Assembly: GCA_038496445.1 (NCBI GenBank) | Contig: JALMLS010000525.1 | Coordinates: forward strand, 62,001 to 126,000 | Direction: 5' to 3' | From: Trichosphaerium sp. ATCC 40318 | Taxonomy: Eukaryota > Protista > Tubulinea | DNA: 64,000 nucleotides | Shown here: piece by piece, positions 61,274 through 64,000 of the stretch | Numbering within the stretch: the stretch's first letter is position 1 | Layout of the letters: each line of letters begins with the position of its first letter | Translations under genes and position numbers: made by a program | Notes under the pieces: generated by a model | What the model was told of the DNA's origin: nothing | Databases searched by the model: none | The model's input: the letters and a program-made list of their open reading frames with translations, nothing else

Positions 61274-64000
61274 TTAAAGTTGGTTGTATTGATTACCAAG
61301 TGAGTTGCGTCTAATCTTAATAACTGTAACAACAACCAAAGCAACTATGGTAAGAGCAAAAACGACAATAATAGCTATTAAAGCGCCCTAAACCAAAACA
61401 AAAGTCAACCACTTTGAAGTTCAGAAAAAAAAACTGTACCTCCATTCCAGAAGTCCTGTACCATTCCTCCGACGAAGGTGGAAGTGTAACTGTCTTTGTT
61501 GTGATACACGGTTCTCCGAAGTCGTAATACCCCGTACCAGGGACATCTTTCTTTGTAGGATTATGTAGATCTTCGATAGTGTCATCAACTGTGCCGCATC
61601 TAAATAAAATAAGATTCCACCTTTTTAGTTTTTTTGGGTTTGTATGTACATTGTTCCATTCGATGAACCAATTTTCCGGTATCCACACCATACTATTGGT
61701 TCAGTTTTATCTATTGAAGCTAGATTAAAATACATGTGAAGCTTTAACATGTACAAGTTCAAAAATTTGTTGAAAATGTACTTTTAGTTTAAATACTTAC
61801 GGTTCTTCATCGCAGGATAGTAGCTTAGAAATTCCATACACATCTCATCTGTTGAGTCTATGCCAAACTCTGTAGGCGTTGAACGTGCTTGAAGTGAATT
61901 AGACAAAGTTGACACCAATAAATCTCTGTTGGAAGAGTACTTTTTCGTGGATGTTCAGTTCAAAAAGATTAGCGTACACATTGTGTTATAGGCGCAGTGC
62001 GTGTTGATTCTATCTCCGCGTTTTATAACCTTATCAATTGTTGCAATTTGTTGCCAATCAAATTCGAAGAAATCAGCTAAATACAAATTCAATAAGCATG
62101 AAACAAACTCCAAAAAAACCACGTTACCTCTGCTGAGTATTCCAAGGTATTCGTCACCACGGTGATGTGTACTCCACATTTGAGATCCAACTAGACAGAA
62201 TGTTGATAAATAAAGATAAAGTACTAAAAGAAGAAACCAACAAAGTTGATCTTACCTTCATGCATGTGCTAAACGTTGGGAAAAACATTAGTTGAAAACA
62301 GCAATTTGTAGAGTTGTTTTTTTTTGTAGCTTACCAAAAAATCAGCAAACACGTGAATATCATGAGGCCAGTTCTTTGTACATTCCGAAGGACAATCGAG
62401 CTCATACTCGAAATACTTTTGCTTAGGTGGAATTGGTGATAATGCAGCACCAAAGTCACCAAGTGTAACCATTGCTTTTGAAAAATAAGTTTGAAGATTT
62501 TATAAGTTAATCATTTGGTTTCCCTTACCTGCGTCGTATTTGCGCTTTTCTGGCGTATAATGTATTCTTACTCCTGAATTATCGATCATATCAGGTGTCA
62601 ACTTTCTATTATCGTAATGAACCTTATGTCAGAGTTAGCAGAGTGCTGTTAAAGTCAGGTATGTGAGTTGTTGTCAAAGTTAAAAATCAACCAAAAAACG
62701 TTACACGAAACAAGGTCTTAGATGCATACCTCAAGTATCACATGTGTAGCTGCGTGAGGGTCTTTTGTACCCATCAAGAAACCAGCTTCTGGCGGTACAT
62801 AAAGTGAACCCTAAAAAAGAAATGAGAAAAATCGAGTTAAAGATGTTCTGTACTCCGCCAACTGCCCACGCAAACATAAGTTGAGTGCATCCTGAATCAA
62901 GATCTCCTAGAGGCGAACTGCATCTTTGGGCTTTTGTATACTTTTGCCAGTAACTAGTTGGCTCACACAAGTGCACTAAGAAGTGATGTACAATCCCTTC
63001 CGATGACTATAGAAAAGTAAACAAAAGTCGCGCGGGTAAAAGATTGTCCGTTACCTTTTGTACTATAGGATCAATCCTGATAATATGTGCCTCTGATACT
63101 TCTAAAAAACCAGGTAAGTACAATTACCTAAGCGTATTATTTGTTAAGTGATTACCTGGAAGTACAAGTGACTGACACATGTACGTTGTTATTTTATCGC
63201 TTGGAATAGTTACACCAGGCATTGTCATCTCGTAAGTTGATACATTAGGATCTGTATCATTCCAAGGCGTAGGTTCTCCCCAGAAAGAAACAACTGTAGA
63301 TCCGCGATGATCAGAATCAGAAGGGTGCTTATAGCGAATATCGTTAGAAGGCCCTATACCCCAAATAACTCTTTTGTTTTGGACAAACAAAAGTTAGCTT
63401 CCCACGTAAAATCACGTGATATTTTTTAATGACAAACCTGTTTTCTCCTTCAACAAGCTTTCTATCTTGTGTATCGCCTGTATCAAATTTACGCTTTACA
63501 TGAAAGGTAGTGTAGCCATCACCTCTTTCAAGAAAAAATTAGTGTAAATTCAAACAACAAACAAAAAAGTATGTGACTGCGTACTGTTCACCTCCTACGA
63601 GTTCCCAGTCTTGGCATTTATCTATTACAGGCTCAGAAAACGTTAACGCATGTCTATCAGTTATTTGAGGTTCTCCGTTTGGTCCAAAGTTAAGCATAAT
63701 GATATCAGCACCTAATGTAACTCATTAATTAGGCATCTAACCAAGCAAGCCTTTTTCTTATTCTCAAAATTACAAGGGTAACCCTATTCTGTTTTTTATA
63801 GTCACGTGCCTGGCATTGCACCTGTAGTGAACTCAGCAACACCTAAGAGAAGTTAGTTTGTGACATTTCAAACAAAAAAACTCTCACCAAAGCCAACCCA
63901 TGCGTCCTCTTCATGTGCCCTCACTGCCATGTTAATTTCTTCATTTTCCAAGTCTACATTCCAGAAAACTTCGAATCTATCCAATTGTAGTTCCTGTCTG
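61274..64000 (-). CDS. DOMON plus copper type II ascorbate-dependent monooxygenase (MOXD1/DBH-like), 5' end beyond the window
   Basis: DOMON WVGFGVAEFTTGAMPGADII; IVHHFLV; FAWAVGG; LEVHYDN; HMHEVG; STDEMC; C-terminal TM and YNQL*. Confidence 0.92.

Noticed and set aside
1-64000. Alternative genetic code, CRISPR arrays, rRNA or prokaryotic operons; the many short antisense ORFs in the track
   Set aside because: Apparent in-frame stops are explained by introns, TAA, TAG and TGA all end genes, no repeat-spacer array or rRNA motif was found, and the antisense ORFs are shadows of real exons.

Overview
This is AT-rich, intron-dense eukaryotic nuclear DNA with short spliceosomal introns, mostly with GTACGT/GTAAGT-type donors. 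It is most likely amoebozoan, since it carries a CudA-like gene and its EF-1alpha-type genes lack the opisthokont 12-aa insertion. I reconstructed about 22 multi-exon genes by hand: a fasciclin, an EF-hand/ubiquitin-like fusion, a TspO-like membrane protein, an F-box/SPRY protein, RPP21, three tandem secreted paralogues, two inverted near-identical divergent EF-1alpha-like genes 29 kb apart, a peroxiredoxin-like protein, an ankyrin/S41-peptidase fusion, an RCC1-repeat protein, a CudA-like factor, a VOC/glyoxalase, an ABCD transporter, a RapGAP, a PARP-like protein, an arylsulfatase, an SMP-C2 protein and a DOMON copper monooxygenase, plus one odd tRNA. The most notable observations are: (1) the EF-1alpha copies carry many EFL-type signatures; (2) GC-AG introns are unusually common (at least 9 anchored by homology, 4 of 9 introns in one gene), alongside 7-14 nt microexons; (3) a myristoylated ankyrin protein is fused to a whole bacterial-type S41 protease whose catalytic Ser is replaced by Gly; (4) a tRNA-Lys-type body carries a Glu (CTC) anticodon; (5) CACGTG is strongly enriched. 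Exon boundaries were read by eye, and family assignments rest on remembered motifs rather than database searches.
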